From contig CM022677.1 in the NCBI GenBank assembly GCA_012295275.1, forward strand, positions 16,926,001-16,990,000: 64,000 bases of DNA. Direction: 5' to 3'. Source of the stretch: Chrysomallon squamiferum. Lineage: Eukaryota > Animalia > Mollusca. A program made the position numbers and the translations under genes. Shown here piece after piece: positions 13,785 to 28,291 of this stretch (positions within the stretch are counted from its first letter, which is position 1; each line of letters begins with the position of its first letter). A model generated the notes under the pieces. The model saw only the letters and a program-made list of their open reading frames with translations. It did no database searches and was not told the origin of the DNA.

Positions 13785-14909
13785 ATAATAATAATAATAA
13801 TAATAATAGCACACTACAGTCAGGGTATACGTAACGTTTTTCATATCAAAATTAAAAAAAAAAAGCAAAAGAATAAATAAATAAAAAAGACACTTAAATA
13901 ATCTACTTGTTAGAGAACAAACTTTGATATACTTAGTAGTAAATTAAGAACACTGGAATCGTCAAAACATAATAAATACTTTTAATATGGCCGACTTAAT
14001 TTACTTTTCTTTGTGTACTTTTAACTATCAAACCTTCTACTGATAAACAAGTGACTGACCTCAAAAATATAAATGTCATCAACTGTCACTTTGTTAGGTT
14101 TGAATATCAGATTAAAACAAACAAATCGTGCTACGAGACATATGTATATTCATCTTATATAAATTTTCTTTACAACAGATTAAGTATTACTAGAATGCAT
14201 TATTTATACATAAGTTTTAAAATGTGTGTAATAATAATAATAATAATAATACAGTATACTAAATATAAGTATACATGTCTTATGTCTCTAATCTGTATAT
14301 CAAAGTAAGCTAACAGGTGACTTTTTGTTACGTAGATCATATAAAAATAGCGACTCACTGGTACACAAGACACATGTAGCTCATAAGTGTAGATATAAAC
14401 AGTAAAAATATGAAATGATTTACATTTGTCAGCTTTGTGAGAAGATAAATATTTTAAATAATGACGATAAAGATAACCAACTCATTTCCAATAAACAAAA
14501 CAAACAAACAAACTGGTAAACAGAAAATAATACAATTATATGAGCTAGCATTATTATTACATTTTTTACTTGCTCGTTGCACACACCAGAGCGGTAAGTA
14601 AACTTTCGTAGTTGTACAATACATTTTCAGGTGAGGGTCTGCCTCATGTTTTTTTATGTGTTTAAAAACCCCACAGTTTAATGACCAGTTTGTTTGTCAC
14701 CTGCACATCAATAACAACGATAATGCTTTTATGTTTTCACTGAAAATGAAAACAAATACAATAACATTTTATACACTCGTTCGAAAGTGTGATAAACCAA
14801 CACGAAAATTAAATGAGAACGAAGGAATGAATTAAGAAAGGAAGAAAGAAAGAACGAAAGGAAGCAACGAAAGGAAGGAAAGACGGAAGGGTGAATAAAT
14901 GTGTTATTT

Positions 14910-15740
14910 AAGGACACAGATTTGTGTGCGTCAAAATTGTTGTTAACAACTGTTGAGATAAAATAAGAGTAAGTCTGTAGTCACCGCGTCAGGACTACAT
15001 ATTTACAATTAGCTGGAAGTGCTATTTTATATAGACAATCCTATAAACAGAATAACATGTGCCAGCTATTGTTTCACTTTCCCGTTCGATCTGTATACGA
15101 CTTCTTTTTTCCTTTTCCCCTTTCTGTTATTATTATTAAACCAGTTTGATGTTTAAAAATATCACTTAAAATAGAGCAGCTTTGTAAAGTCTCATGAAAA
15201 GCCACTACGATACAAATGCATGAATATAAAGCAATGAAAACCAGCGAAGCGATAATTTACTGGCCCTTATGACACTTTTATAGTAAAGCTATTCACATAG
15301 AAAATAAATGATAACTACACCTTAATTTGCTTGCTGTGTTGCATATATTATAATGATCCATTAAATAATTTAATAAAAGTCACAATAAGTCTTATTGACA
15401 TTTCAGATAAAGTGGAGGGATACAGTGTGTGTTGGCTACAATGTGGACAGAAATGGTGTAGAAAGTAGGACATGGTGAACAGAAAGAGGGTAGTAAGAGG
15501 ACGCCAAACGACAGTAGTATTGAGTGTTAAGATAGTTTTAAGGGTGTTTTAAACAGGTTTTTCTTTGACAATAAAATGTCCCGCATTTCAGGGATTAATG
15601 AGTCGTAGAGAACAGCATTTATTAATGACACGTTCTAAATACGCTGTTATTTTAACAGGATGATATTCTTACATGAAAATATTTACAGGAATTGCTAATC
15701 TTAACATTAAATTTAACCTTAAATCAACACTAACACCAAA
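14910..15740 (+). repeat. ~830-bp direct duplicate of 9640-10440
   Basis: Colinear with 9640-10440, with small indels. Confidence 0.9.
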
Positions 15741-15898
15741 CCTTATGAAGTTAGTTGAGTAAAAGCACTCACACACACACACACACACACACGTCTACCT
15801 TTCATCAATTAGCTTCCTAAGGGATTTTATGTCTGAACAAAGATGGCTGTCTCGGTTAAGATTATTTCATCGACACACACGCACATGCACAAACACAT

Positions 15899-15964
<66 letters not shown>

Positions 15965-16221
15965 TTAACATAACTACATATATATTTTTTTTATGCCGGC
16001 TATTTTTTTGGTGTTTTTTTTACTTTAATCGCAAGGTCAGTGGATCAAGTTACATCCAACACGTAGTTTGTTTCTCATGTAGATCAGATAAAAACAGTGT
16101 GTCACAGTAGAACTCTGGTATATATTTTACACACATACACCCAACATACACACACATACATAACAAATAAAATAAAATAAAACAATATAGAATACATTGT
16201 AGTTTCAATATTGCTGCCTAC

Positions 16222-16297
16222 CTGAAAAGTCCTGATTGGTAATTCCTTAGAAGATTTCCATTTAATGGTTAAACTATTGATCACTGAGGAGAAGGAC
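16222..16297 (-). other. Candidate 76-bp non-coding 5' exon of the BTB gene (copy B)
   Basis: ttttag|gtccttctcc...ttttcag|gtaggc, with the better donor of the two copies. Flanks 16120-16450 duplicate 12180-12560. Confidence 0.45.
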
Positions 16298-16759
16298 CTA
16301 AAAATAAATAAAATAAAATAATATAAATTAAATTAAATAAGACAGATCATATAAAAATGTGGCATACTTTTTCAAGTAGCACATAGAACTACAATAGAAT
16401 GATGACGAATATGATGATGATATTGATAATTATGATGATGATGGTGATAATAATAATGGAATTAATTTAACACTACTATTACTAACATTCTAACATCAGC
16501 GGCTGCTATCGCTATACTACTAGTACTGCCACTTCCACTATTGAAACTCATACTATTACATCGACTGGGCCTATTACAAGTATAATATTATCACTATTAC
16601 CACTACCACTACAGATTTATTAATGTATGCATTACAAAAAGTATTATCATTATTTGCATTTTTTTTCTTTTTTCTAATGTTGTTTTATCCTCCGTTAGCC
16701 ACAGTCTCAGAAATGAAAATTAACTGTGCACAGATCATCAGAAACATTTGTGTATATTT

Positions 16760-17016
16760 CGATATGTTGGATATTCGCTTACAGCGTTCAAACTGAACCA
16801 GTAAGAACTCTGTAGTGCACCGATATATGAGGAGGTCACCATGTTGTAATTGTACAAACAGCTCATGTTCCCTAGGTCAGATTTTGCAATATAGGCAATA
16901 TGTGCAAAATAATGGCTGAACTCCCAAAATGTGAACGTGATTGTAAATGTGAACGTGATTCTGTAAGGTAGTTTAATAGTTGACATAATAACTATCTTTA
17001 TTGTTGTATTTGCTGC

Positions 17017-17088
<72 letters not shown>

Positions 17089-17400
17089 TTCATTCATTCA
17101 TTCATTTATTATAGTAAACAATGTTATACTAGTAACCAATTCTGTTAGTTTTATGTTATTTTTAATTTAGAATTCACATTCGCACTATAGGCAATATGTG
17201 CAAGATAATGGCCGAACTCGAAAAATATTTATACAAAATGCTTTTTAATTTTAACTTTTTTTGGGAGAAAACACGTCTCCCAAAATATGACCTAGGGAAC
17301 ATGGGTTATTTGCATATTTTCAAAATGGCGACCTCCTCAAATTTCAGAGTTCTTACTGGTTGAGTATAAACGCTGTAAACGAATATCCAACATACACAAA
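16760..17400. mobile_element. Foldback/MITE-like element with ~120-bp imperfect inverted repeats
   Basis: 16764-16885 (atgttggatattcgcttacagcg...gttccctaggtcagattttg) is the reverse complement of ~17282-17395 (caaaatatgacctagggaac...cgctgtaaacgaatatccaacat). No coding capacity. Confidence 0.75.
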
Positions 17401-17860
17401 CATACACAAACGGGGATAAATTTAAAACCAAATAACCTTTCTTTTTACAATTTAATTCCACTGAAGAAAAGTAAGTTAACAAAAGTGCACATTTAATATA
17501 ATGACATCATGGTAAAGATACATTTAAAAACTATTTTTTTGAGGGTTTTTAAATATATTTTTCAGAAGGTAGTCTCGTGACCATGCTATCATGTTACAGA
17601 TATGGTTGTATCTGATGTAGGTCAGATGAGAATACAAGTATACCCGAGTGTTGTTTACGACAATCTGACAAGGTCATTGTTAAATCTACTCTTAAACCAA
17701 CTCTAATACCAACCCTGAATTAGTTCTAAATGCAACAACGTTTCTCATATTACTTACATGAATCTTAACTCTACGTCTGCCTACCTAAACATTTTCATAA
17801 TTTTATCTCAAAGTCAAATAATATCGATATTATTATTAATAAAAATACGAAATTCCTACA

Positions 17861-17916
<56 letters not shown>

Positions 17917-18117
17917 ACATAATTTATGGACAGTTCTGACAAACCTGTTAGATATCTAAAAACGGGTTTAACAAAATTCACCCAAATATTTATTGCACTG
18001 ATGAAATATATTAGATGAAATATAATGCTGATTTGTTTTAAGCAGATAATAGCACGACATAAAATAAATCGCAACGAAATATAAATACCTGCAAATTTAA
18101 AAATTGCCGGCTGCAGA

Positions 18118-18322
18118 TCTGAAACACCTCCTTCTTGGTGAGTAGTAATACCTGGAACTGAGAACTTTCTGTTTGACAAGGTCACTGAAACACTTCCTTC
18201 TTGGTGAGTAGTTATACCTGGAACTGAGAACTTTCTGTTTGACAAGGTCACTGAAACACTTCCTTCTTGGTGAGTAGTTATACCTGGAACTGAGAACTTT
18301 CTGTTTGACAAGGTCACTGAAA
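18118..18322. repeat. 66-bp tandem repeat x3
   Basis: ctgaaacacttccttcttggtgagtagttatacctggaactgagaactttctgtttgacaaggtca, near-perfect copies; a degenerate single copy lies at ~19538-19590. Confidence 0.9.
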
Positions 18323-18895
18323 TACTTTCTGTGTGTGGCTGCTAAGAAAGTCGTGATAAACACGTGACTGAAATTAGATACATTAAAAATTGCTCAACTT
18401 GTCACGGTACAGTTTGTGCAGTGTAATGTAACGTATAGTTAAAAACCTGTTAAAGAAACAAACAGTTATAAATCTGTCATTCATTATTTTGTCTGTGAAA
18501 TATTTATATTTTTTCTCAGAAAGTGTATTTATGAAAAGTTATCGTTAACTGTTATGTAGGTCAGATGAAAAAAAATAAATAAATAATGTATTAATAGTTC
18601 TGACGACAAGAAGCGTTATAGTAGAATCGTTTAAACTGATACGTTTTTTCTGTGTACATACTCTGAGTCAAAGTGATCTAAACACAGACGCTACAAATAC
18701 CACCTTTATTTTGTTTTAGTATTTCTTTTTAATTATTATTTATTTATCTGTTTCACTTATTTCTTTTTAACTTATATACTGGTATTTTTGTTTGTTTCTT
18801 TCTTTCATTTTCTTTTCTTTTCTTTCCTTTTCTTTTATTTCACTACAAAAAATACAGTATAATATAGAATACAGTTAATACGTGCTAACAAAAAA

Positions 18896-18965
<70 letters not shown>

Positions 18966-20174
18966 ATAATTAAAATTAAAATAAAATTAATGTCTCAAAA
19001 TATAGAACTGTACAAAATATCATTAAAAACGACGACAGTATCAATAATAATCATAATAATAACAACAACATAAAAGAAAATAGGAAGAACATGTATAATT
19101 ATTAATTTACAACTATATGACTTCCAAATCGCTAATAGAACTACATTAAAATTATGACGAATATGACCATGATGATGATGATGAAGATGATGATAATGAA
19201 AATATTTTAACACTATTACAAATACTACTACTATGATGCTGCTACAGCTACTACTACTGCCATTTCTACTATTTGATGCACTGGTACTATTGCAAGTACT
19301 GCTTTTATCATAATTATATAATTGTATTTATTTATGTATTCTAACAGTATTTTATTTTTGTCGGGGAGTAATAGACCACAGAAATCCGATGTAATTAAGA
19401 AAATGTCACACAATGACAATGATAAAATACAACACAGGATTAGTTATGGCTGATGCAATAGACAGAAATATTCTAAATCTTAACAAAATATGAAACACCT
19501 ACAAATGTCAAGTACGTCCTTGTCTCTGACTGGTCTTACTGGAACTGATACGTTTCTGTTTGGCAAGGTCACTGAAATGTATTCTGCGTTTGTTGTTAGT
19601 AACATCGTTTGCTCGTAAAAACATCTCTGAAATCTAATATCGTACAAGTCACTCTAGAAGGGTAGGACCGCTGTATTATGTTTTCCATTCTAATGTCGAT
19701 ATCAGTTTAATTGTTATGTGCTTCTGTTGACGAAGCAACTGACATTGCTGAAAATGTGAATGTGACACTCTAAGGTAATTTAATAAGGGGCAGATTTGTT
19801 TTTAATTTTTTTTTTTTTTTTTTGACTTTTTGACTTTTTCCCCCACGGGACTTGTAAAACATTTTTAAACGTAATTTACAATATTTATTTATTTATAGAC
19901 ACAGACATACAAACATAAACATACAGGCAGATGTACACGGAAATAAAAAGCAGTATATTTTATCTTTCAAAAATATATTAACAGCTTTATGTCACATACT
20001 CTGTATGTGAGAAACAAGCCGTAAAAATGCAGTTGGTTGAAATGTTAAGCATTTAATTCTGGCTTACGTTTCTTTCTTTTACCTGTTGGTATGTGTGATT
20101 TGATTCTGAATGTGTGACTGGGAAAATGTGTATGTCTATGGCGTATGTTTGTGATGATTTTCTTTATTTGTAAG

Positions 20175-20284
<110 letters not shown>

Positions 20285-20970
20285 AGTATTCTTGAGCATA
20301 TTACATATGTAGTATTTGATAATAAATACAGTTTCATATTACTATATCATAAAAGAAAATTAATGTGTTTCCAAACAGATTTATTATTTTTTATTCATTC
20401 ATTTATTTGTTTATTTTTCATAAAAAAGCTTCTTTTTAACAATTTTAATCTAAAAGCTTGTCTATTCAAGTCAATATTTGGGAAATTAAGAACTTCGTTA
20501 TTAGCTTCTCCAATTACTGTGTTACATTTTGTTTGAAATATTCTTTCATCCCATAAAAAATCTAAAATTAACTTTTTCAATTTGAATTTTGCCCATTTTC
20601 AAAATTCATCGTTCTAAAAGCGTATTGATAACTACAGACCTACCACGCAACGCTAGTTTACGCATTTAATAAACTATGCAAAAGTTCGCAAACTATAACG
20701 TATAAAATAGCAGATAATCGACATTTTCTAAGAGAAATTCTATTTCAAAGAATTTAGATAAATGTCCGGTAATTTTTAAAGCACTGAAAAAAAAAATAAT
20801 GTGACACTCCATCAAATGCTTTCTCAAAGCCAATATTTAGTAAATATAAAGGTATTATTTCATATTTACTGTAATTTACGTCTGCTATCGCTGCAATATT
20901 TTCTGATATATATATATGTATGTACGTATGTTTATATCAATCTATTTATCCACAAATTTGTTTATGTAGG

Positions 20971-21081
<111 letters not shown>

Positions 21082-21481
21082 AATAACAAATATATGCCAT
21101 GGTCACTCACATCATCTGAAACACCGTAGAAAAAACAATAATTATATGATATACACTTTAATCAGCTGCTTTTTGTTATTTTTTTCTCTCACATATTCAG
21201 AATGTTACTCTATTGTGAGATGAAATTGTTAATATAATTTTGATATATAAAAAACACTGTTTTGTCTTTATTACTGTGTTATGCGAACATGTATTCTATT
21301 GCTTTTACGTTTGCTAATTCTTTTGTAACCTTGTGTGTATATATGTGTGTATGTGTGTCTCTATGTATCTGAAGTTAGTGTTTATTCCTATACACATCCG
21401 TGCGGACTTCAGCACTCGCAGCTGTGAAATAAAATATTTAACAGCAAGTACACTAAAAACATATGTTTTGGCTTAGTTTGA

Positions 21482-21531
<50 letters not shown>

Positions 21532-22551
21532 TATTATTATTGTTATTATTACTACTATTATTATTAATCACAATAATAATAATAAATAAAATTATACAAA
21601 ACGTAGCATAATAAAAAAATAAATCGGAATTTTAAAATGACATCTGTTGAACCAAAGTATTTAATTTAAATATTGTAAATATAAAGAAAAAGATGGACAA
21701 CAACAAGAAGAAAGAGTAGAAGATGAAGACAAAAATGTATAATCACATCAACACATCAATCAATGTAACTTAAGTAATATTTTCAAATTCCTTCATTTCC
21801 TGATACATAATTTGATCCTTATTCTGACATTATATATGTTTGTGTATGTATATATATATGTATGTAGGTGTATATGTGTGTGTGTGTATATATATATATA
21901 TCAAAATATCTGTGTACATAATCTTTTCTTAGTTTTAAATATTGACTTTAATAAAAGTTATGACGTTTATATTATATCTGAAGATGTCTTTTTTAGTGCT
22001 TCAAAAATAGGAACTCTAAAACTAAACCGATTCATCTTTTTTAATATTAGGCAGTACGGGCAGAAAAGGAAAAAATTCCTGAATTTATAAAAACATATAT
22101 TAGCATGGATCAATGATTTTTTTTTTTGTTGTATTTATTAAATCCAACTAAAGCAACTCATTGCTTGCATACATAATAGTACAGGTTTTACAAGATGAAT
22201 GCTTTTTGTTTTAATGAAAAAGACCAAAACATTATTTTTTAACAACTTTTTTTGTTTTTTTTTCTTCTTTTCTTTTAAAAAAACAATTAAATTAAAAATA
22301 ACAATAATAATTTCAGGTCAAGCATCTAAATGACACGTGAATAATTTGCTTTTTACAGGTAAATATGATCTCTAATACATTCAGAATGGAAATAATATAT
22401 ATATTATTTCCATTTCCAATATATATATATTATAATGGCTTCAAGTACTGGTATACAGAAATGTATTTAGAACTGTTTGTTATGGAATTTTGCCAGAATA
22501 ACGTGTCCATATTACAGTACATAGTGCAAAATTGATTGCATTATGAAGCAA

Positions 22552-22756
22552 TATATTCTGAACAAAATAAGAAACTTCTGCTAAATTTGCTTGAACATAA
22601 CTTGATGAAAACAAACAGGCAGAATAATTGTTATATTTGCATTTAAAGAGTTTCCATCATGCATTGTTTGGTGCCAAAATTAATTATAGCCAGTGAATAA
22701 GAGAAACTGACAGAAATTGTGATCGAGTGTGGTAATGGTTAAAAAAGACAATTAAA

Positions 22757-22800
<44 letters not shown>

Positions 22801-23504
22801 AATAACGGATATAACCACCTCTTGAATTGACCACTGCAGTGAATCACAGGTGCATAGAATTGACTAAAGTGTTGATTTCTGACACTGGAATACTGTTCCA
22901 TTCTTGAATGAGCGCTAGGCGAAGTTTGTTGATGGGTTTGGTTCGATTACGAACAGTTTGCCCACTGATTCGGTCAGTATGAAGCCCTGGTGTGTGAGCA
23001 GCAGTAACAGTGGCAGAATCTATAGTGTTCATGATATAGCATGCGTTGAAACACGAGGACGTCCACGAAGTAGTGGTATCGCTCGACTGGAACTCCCAAC
23101 ACGCCTTGCAACGTCTTCTGTCGACAAGCCAGCATCAAGCATGCCAACTGCCGTTTCGCGTAAATTATTGGGAATTTTTGGCATACCAAAAATTCTACAA
23201 TGTAAAAAACGTTTTTTTATTTTTTTATTTTTTTTCGGGGGGGGTGTTACAATTTTTTTTTTCCCCGTTTTCGTTCACTTTACAACAACACCAGTAAGAG
23301 AAGTACACATCTGACATGTCGAACCATGCATGAACGTGCAAAGTGAGTTTCACATTGTAGGCGATTAACAATGTAAAAATTATCGATACAAGTCATAAAT
23401 CCTGATAATACATCTCAAGGCTAATACTACCTGTATAATTTCATTCTTTAAACAACAACTATTGTATGTACACTTCGGAAGTTTATTTTTTGTTGTTCAG
23501 TATA
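22552..23504 (-). mobile_element. Internally deleted Tc1/mariner DNA transposon
   Basis: From ATG at 23184 (-): MPKIPNNLRETAVGMLDAGLSTEDVARRVGSSSRAI...RGRPRVST...ATVTAAHTPGLHTDRISGQTVRNR...LRLALIQEWNSIPVSEINTLVNSM...RGGYIRY (paired-like HTH, GRPR motif, Tc1 C-terminus). The DDE core is deleted. Imperfect TIRs (ctgaacaa...aaacttc) flanked by TA at both ends. Confidence 0.88.
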
Positions 23505-23859
23505 TGTTGAAAAGTTTGTAAACACTGACCGGTGTCGGACGCCGCCATCTTGAATTTCGGCCGAAACCGTCATATCGGGCTTTCAGCTTCCAAATTTAAC
23601 ACATTTACGTCTATTTTCTGTAATTGTTTTAATGACTAACTCTAATAAAAGGTATGGATGATTCTTCATATTACAAAACCATGGGGCAGACACAGTTTGT
23701 GCCGGTACGAGTTATCTTTCTTGTTGATCCATGTTACATAAACAAATGCAATCGGAAACATCTAGCTTTAACTGACAGTGAAAATAGTTTTAAAATAAGT
23801 CTTCTCATAATAATAAATGAAAATAAATGAAAATAAAAATAACAAGAAAAGAACACAAA

Positions 23860-25860
23860 TTGTGTAATATTACTTACCAGACATGAATGAAAATATTCAT
23901 GACGCATAAATTATCGTCTGCTTTTCGTAACATCTTATTTAAAAAAAAACATGAAGTTATAACGTAAAATGCGGAAAAAAATGGCGTCTAAACTACGGAC
24001 ATATAATTATATATATGACTCAATAGGAGAAGCAGTTTAATTACAGTTCAGCAAACTTCTAATAGAAAAAGATTTTTCTTCATTATTTATTTATTATATT
24101 ATATTATATTATGTATATATAATTATTATTTACTTATTTATTTATTATATTATATTATGTATATATAATTATTATTTACATATTTATTTATTTATTATAT
24201 TATATTATATTATATTATGTATATATAATTATTATTTACTTATTTATTTATTTATTTATTCTTATTTATCTAATGATAATAATTTTTGCTAATGTTATTT
24301 TTTAGTCTGTTTACCTGACCAAATGGAAAATCTGTGTGTAGGTGCATGCCTCTATACCACACAAAAAATATTTCAAAAATGTCATGGGAGATGGCTATTT
24401 TTATTACTGGAAGAATTATGATAATGTGGCTTACATCAAAATCTAAGTCCATTTCATCCACCTCTAAAACAATAAATAATATGAAATAAAAATCAGTTTA
24501 AACTGTAATTTTGTCAGGATTTTTTATTTGAATAATAAACTGTGTAAAATAAACTGAGCCTATTTGCATTAATTAATTAAGACTCATAATAATCATTAAT
24601 AAAATAATAATAATCTGTCTTTTTCCATATACAGACACCCAGCAGGTATTGTCTACCTAATACTTCTAAACATTAATTAATGTTTGTGTGCATCAAAGCA
24701 TGGAAAATAGTAAGATGTCACTGATTCACCTACTCATAATGTTTCAGAATTTGAAGCTCCTCAGAATTTTCAATTTCTGATAATGGCACCTAAACCTTTA
24801 ATATAATTTAAGATAATATTAAAATTCCAACCTTATTGATACTCTTTATTAAACTCTGCAGTCATGCTACATTATTTTTAAAGTGCAGCAAGCACTTATA
24901 TTTTTATATTGAGCTCAATGAGCACTTTTTTTTAATAATAATCTTTATTACTTTCATATATTCATTTAATTAGTATACTTAAGAAATGAACCCAGGCTAA
25001 ATATGTAGTTGTTGTACACATGACTGAGTGTTATAGTACTTAAGAACTGAACCCAGGCTAAATATGTAGTTGTTGTACACATGACTGAGTGTTGTAGTAC
25101 TTAACAAAGGCAGTGACAGTAAACTGTAGAATTTATGCAAGTCCAAAATGAGCACATTTCACACAACATGGGTTACTTTTCATTTTACCTGTCCAGCAAT
25201 GTATGCATTTATAATTACATTTAGAACAAGATGCAACATAATCCAGAGCTAAAGAAAAGATGCTCATTTAACATGTCAGTCAAACTCTGTTTCAAGACAT
25301 TTATTAATTCCTTGTGAGTTGAATAACAGTTGTATTTTTTATTTTTTATTTATTTATTTTTTATTTTTATTATTATTATTATTTTTTATTTTTTATTTAG
25401 CTTTTTTTTTTTTTTTTTAATCAACTATATTACACAACATCAACTTGAAGATTCATAAAATATTTCTAGAAATATAAAATGTCTTCTCATAAAAAAAACT
25501 GAAATAACACCAGACGAGAATGACATACCTTACAACTAAGCTGAAAAGCAAAAGCAAAAGAAAGACTCATAGACTGTATTATTTGTCTGACCTTCTGATC
25601 TGCTATATTGAAATTGAATTATTTATTTAAACATTCCTTGAAACTGTCTTATGATATGAAGTTACATACATACTCTTTTCTTGTAAGGCATAAAATGATC
25701 TAAAACAATGGAAAATGGTATAAATAGTATTTGAGATTATTTCACAACCAAGTAAATGTCTTTCTTACAGGAAATACAGGCTGAACATATCCAATCTGAC
25801 TTGTTTCCATTTTGGCGTATAAGGAGATAGACTGATTTTTGATTTAAACAAGAATTCCAC
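23860..25860 (+). repeat. Old colinear duplication shared with ~48720-52720
   Basis: Three matching blocks: 23865-24050 vs 48725-48890; 24745-24970 vs 52160-52360; 25675-25845 vs 52530-52715. Confidence 0.8.
24975..25102. repeat. 61-bp tandem duplication
   Basis: tacttaagaa(a/c)tgaacccaggctaaatatgtagttgttgtacacatgactgagtgtt occurs twice. Confidence 0.85.
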
Positions 25861-26037
25861 TTGCTGATCAACAAAACTATTCTAATTTCACAATTTATGT
25901 TAAGCAGTCTATAACCTGTATTATATCTGACTGTGACAAGAGGATATCTATTTGCATATATATAACCTGGGTATATATAAAAAACCATTTTTGGATAAAT
26001 CATATATCTTTTTAAATTATATTTTATATATATATAT

Positions 26038-26076
<39 letters not shown>

Positions 26077-26613
26077 TTTGTATAAATATACATAAAAAAT
26101 TTTTGTATATCTATATATTTGCTTTTTAGTTTTAAAAGATTTAATTTATTTAGTTGTTTGTATTTTGTTATTAGTAGTATCATCATCATCATTATTATTA
26201 CAGGTCTTTTCTTATCCTTTCCTTACATTTTTGCTCACTTGTCCATAGAATCCTAGAAAGAAGATTGTTATAAATATTTACAAATAACAATTGAATTTAT
26301 AAAAAAAGAAGACTTATTTGACCATGTTAGCCACATTTCACTTACTCTTCTGGATTTATTTATTTATTTATTTACTTTTTATTATTATTATTATTATTTT
26401 TTAATGATGCCTATTTTTGCTTACATCTCTTACTATCTTAACTAAAGAAATTTTATTTTAATTATTCAACAGTGTAAAGCAGTCCAGGATTTACTGAAGG
26501 TGTAGGAACATACTTTCACTGGTACTCTAAACTCTCATTGGTATATTTCTCTAAATGTTAGTCTACTGCTCTCCATAACTGGGAAAAGCAAGAATCCAAC
26601 AATATTTCTGTCC

Positions 26614-26687
<74 letters not shown>

Positions 26688-27006
26688 TTTCATTTTGTTT
26701 CTTTGTATAAATTGTGGATTTGACCTTCACCTCTGCCTCCCTTAGCCAAAGAGTCTACACACAAACTCACAAGTAAACCCATTTTCTCTTAAAGCCTGGA
26801 AATATTTTCATATGTATAAGAATGTTTTTTTTTTTTTTTTTTTATCTTGTTTGTTCTTTTTTTTGTTATTTATTTTCATTTCTTAGTTTTCATAACTTGA
26901 ATCAGTAGACCAATAGGCTGCATGATAAATGTTGCTTGAGTTTTTATTTTACAAGGAAACATATGCATGTGGATATGTGTGTGTGTTTGTGTGAGTGTGT
27001 GTGTTT

Positions 27007-27046
<40 letters not shown>

Positions 27047-27269
27047 GTATATGCATGTATTTCATGAGAATGAGTATTTTAAAATAGTAATATGATATGA
27101 ATTTAGATTAAATGATATATCCATAATATGCATTTAAAACTGTCATGAAATTCTAACAAAGCCACATTTTATTACAGAATATATGTGTGTGTGTGTGTGT
27201 GTGTATATAAACACACACACACACACACAATTATATATATATATAGATACTTTGACTTTTCGTGACCGA

Positions 27270-27712
27270 TCTCGTAACTCAATTTGCTCGTATATCAAAT
27301 CGGTTTTCCCAAATGAAAATAATTGAAATACCATTAATCCGTTCCAGCCCCCCAAAACCAACTCCGAGTTTTGTAATTATTTTAATACCTTAAAGGCTGG
27401 AGTTATAAACTTTATTGACTCCTTCTGCTTCAATATGGTGCATACAGTGAAAGTACTACGCTCGTACTTCCTAGCCATGTTGAGTACACACATACCTCAC
27501 TCATGTTTATCTATGATTTCATGCTTTAATGCAATGGACATCATCCGCTTCTTCTTCTCAGCACTGTCCTTTGCAATGACTTTCTTAGGATCCATTGAAA
27601 TTTGGCAAAATACTGCATAAAACGCGAGCACAATTCAAAACAGATGCTTCCACGGCGGAGGTAACTCGAAAAACTCGTAAGTTGGAGCACTCATAACACG
27701 AGGTACCACTGT
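27270..27712 (-). mobile_element. pogo/Tigger family DNA transposon remnant
   Basis: ATG at 27595 (-): MDPKKVIAKDSAEKKKRMMSIALKHEIIDKHE*GMCVLNMARKYERSTFTVCTILKQKESIK, a CENP-B/psq-type HTH with an internal stop. Tigger-like terminus CAGTGGTACCTCG at ~27699-27711 (-). Confidence 0.85.
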
Positions 27713-27892
27713 GTGTGTGTGTGTTATTTTATCAGTGATATTGAAATTGAAGAAACTAAAACATTTTCTGTGCCACTTTGAAATCATCCAGAATTATGAT
27801 TATTATTATTTTTTCTTTTTTTTTTTTTTCTTTCTTTATTTCTTTATTTATTTTTTTAATTATTATTATTATTATTTTGCATTTTTTTATAT

Positions 27893-28291
27893 CTGACTGA
27901 TACGGAATTAGAATCGAAAATTCGAAATAGAATTGATGCAGTCACAGGCCTCTTTATGAAATATGCTTAACCACTTCAGGTGGCAAACGATGGAATAGGT
28001 GGATATTATAGCATCATGGGGACTATGATGACTCAAGAGGTCTTTAAATTTTAACACGTGGTTAAACTACATGACTACCGTTAAAGGAGATGCAACAGTT
28101 TTTCCGAATCTTGCTTTAAGTATGTTACCTAACAAAAGTACAGCTGGGTCTTTTGTTATTATTTCCATTGAAATGGTTTGCCTAATTTTATAGTAGGTCA
28201 TCCAGCTTGTCCTGTTCTTATAGGCTCTAAATGGGTATCAACTTAATGGATTCGAGAAAGAGGGCAATAATTCACAAACCCAGAAGATTAA
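27893..28291 (+). pseudogene. P4HA pseudogene fragment (copy 2), catalytic domain only
   Basis: KIRNRIDAVTGL...PLQVANDGIGGYY...TWLNYM...GDATVFP...ACPVLIGSKWVST*WIRE...TNPED*, with stops and frameshifts. Confidence 0.88.

Noticed and set aside
17856-18363. 153-aa and 88-aa ORFs with a 22-aa repeat; superficially CRISPR-like array
   Set aside because: Simple head-to-tail 66-bp tandem repeat without unique spacers, in a eukaryotic context.
23541-23552. YY1-like motif GCCGCCATCTTG
   Set aside because: No gene start can be tied to it; it abuts a transposon end and the motif is common in repeats.
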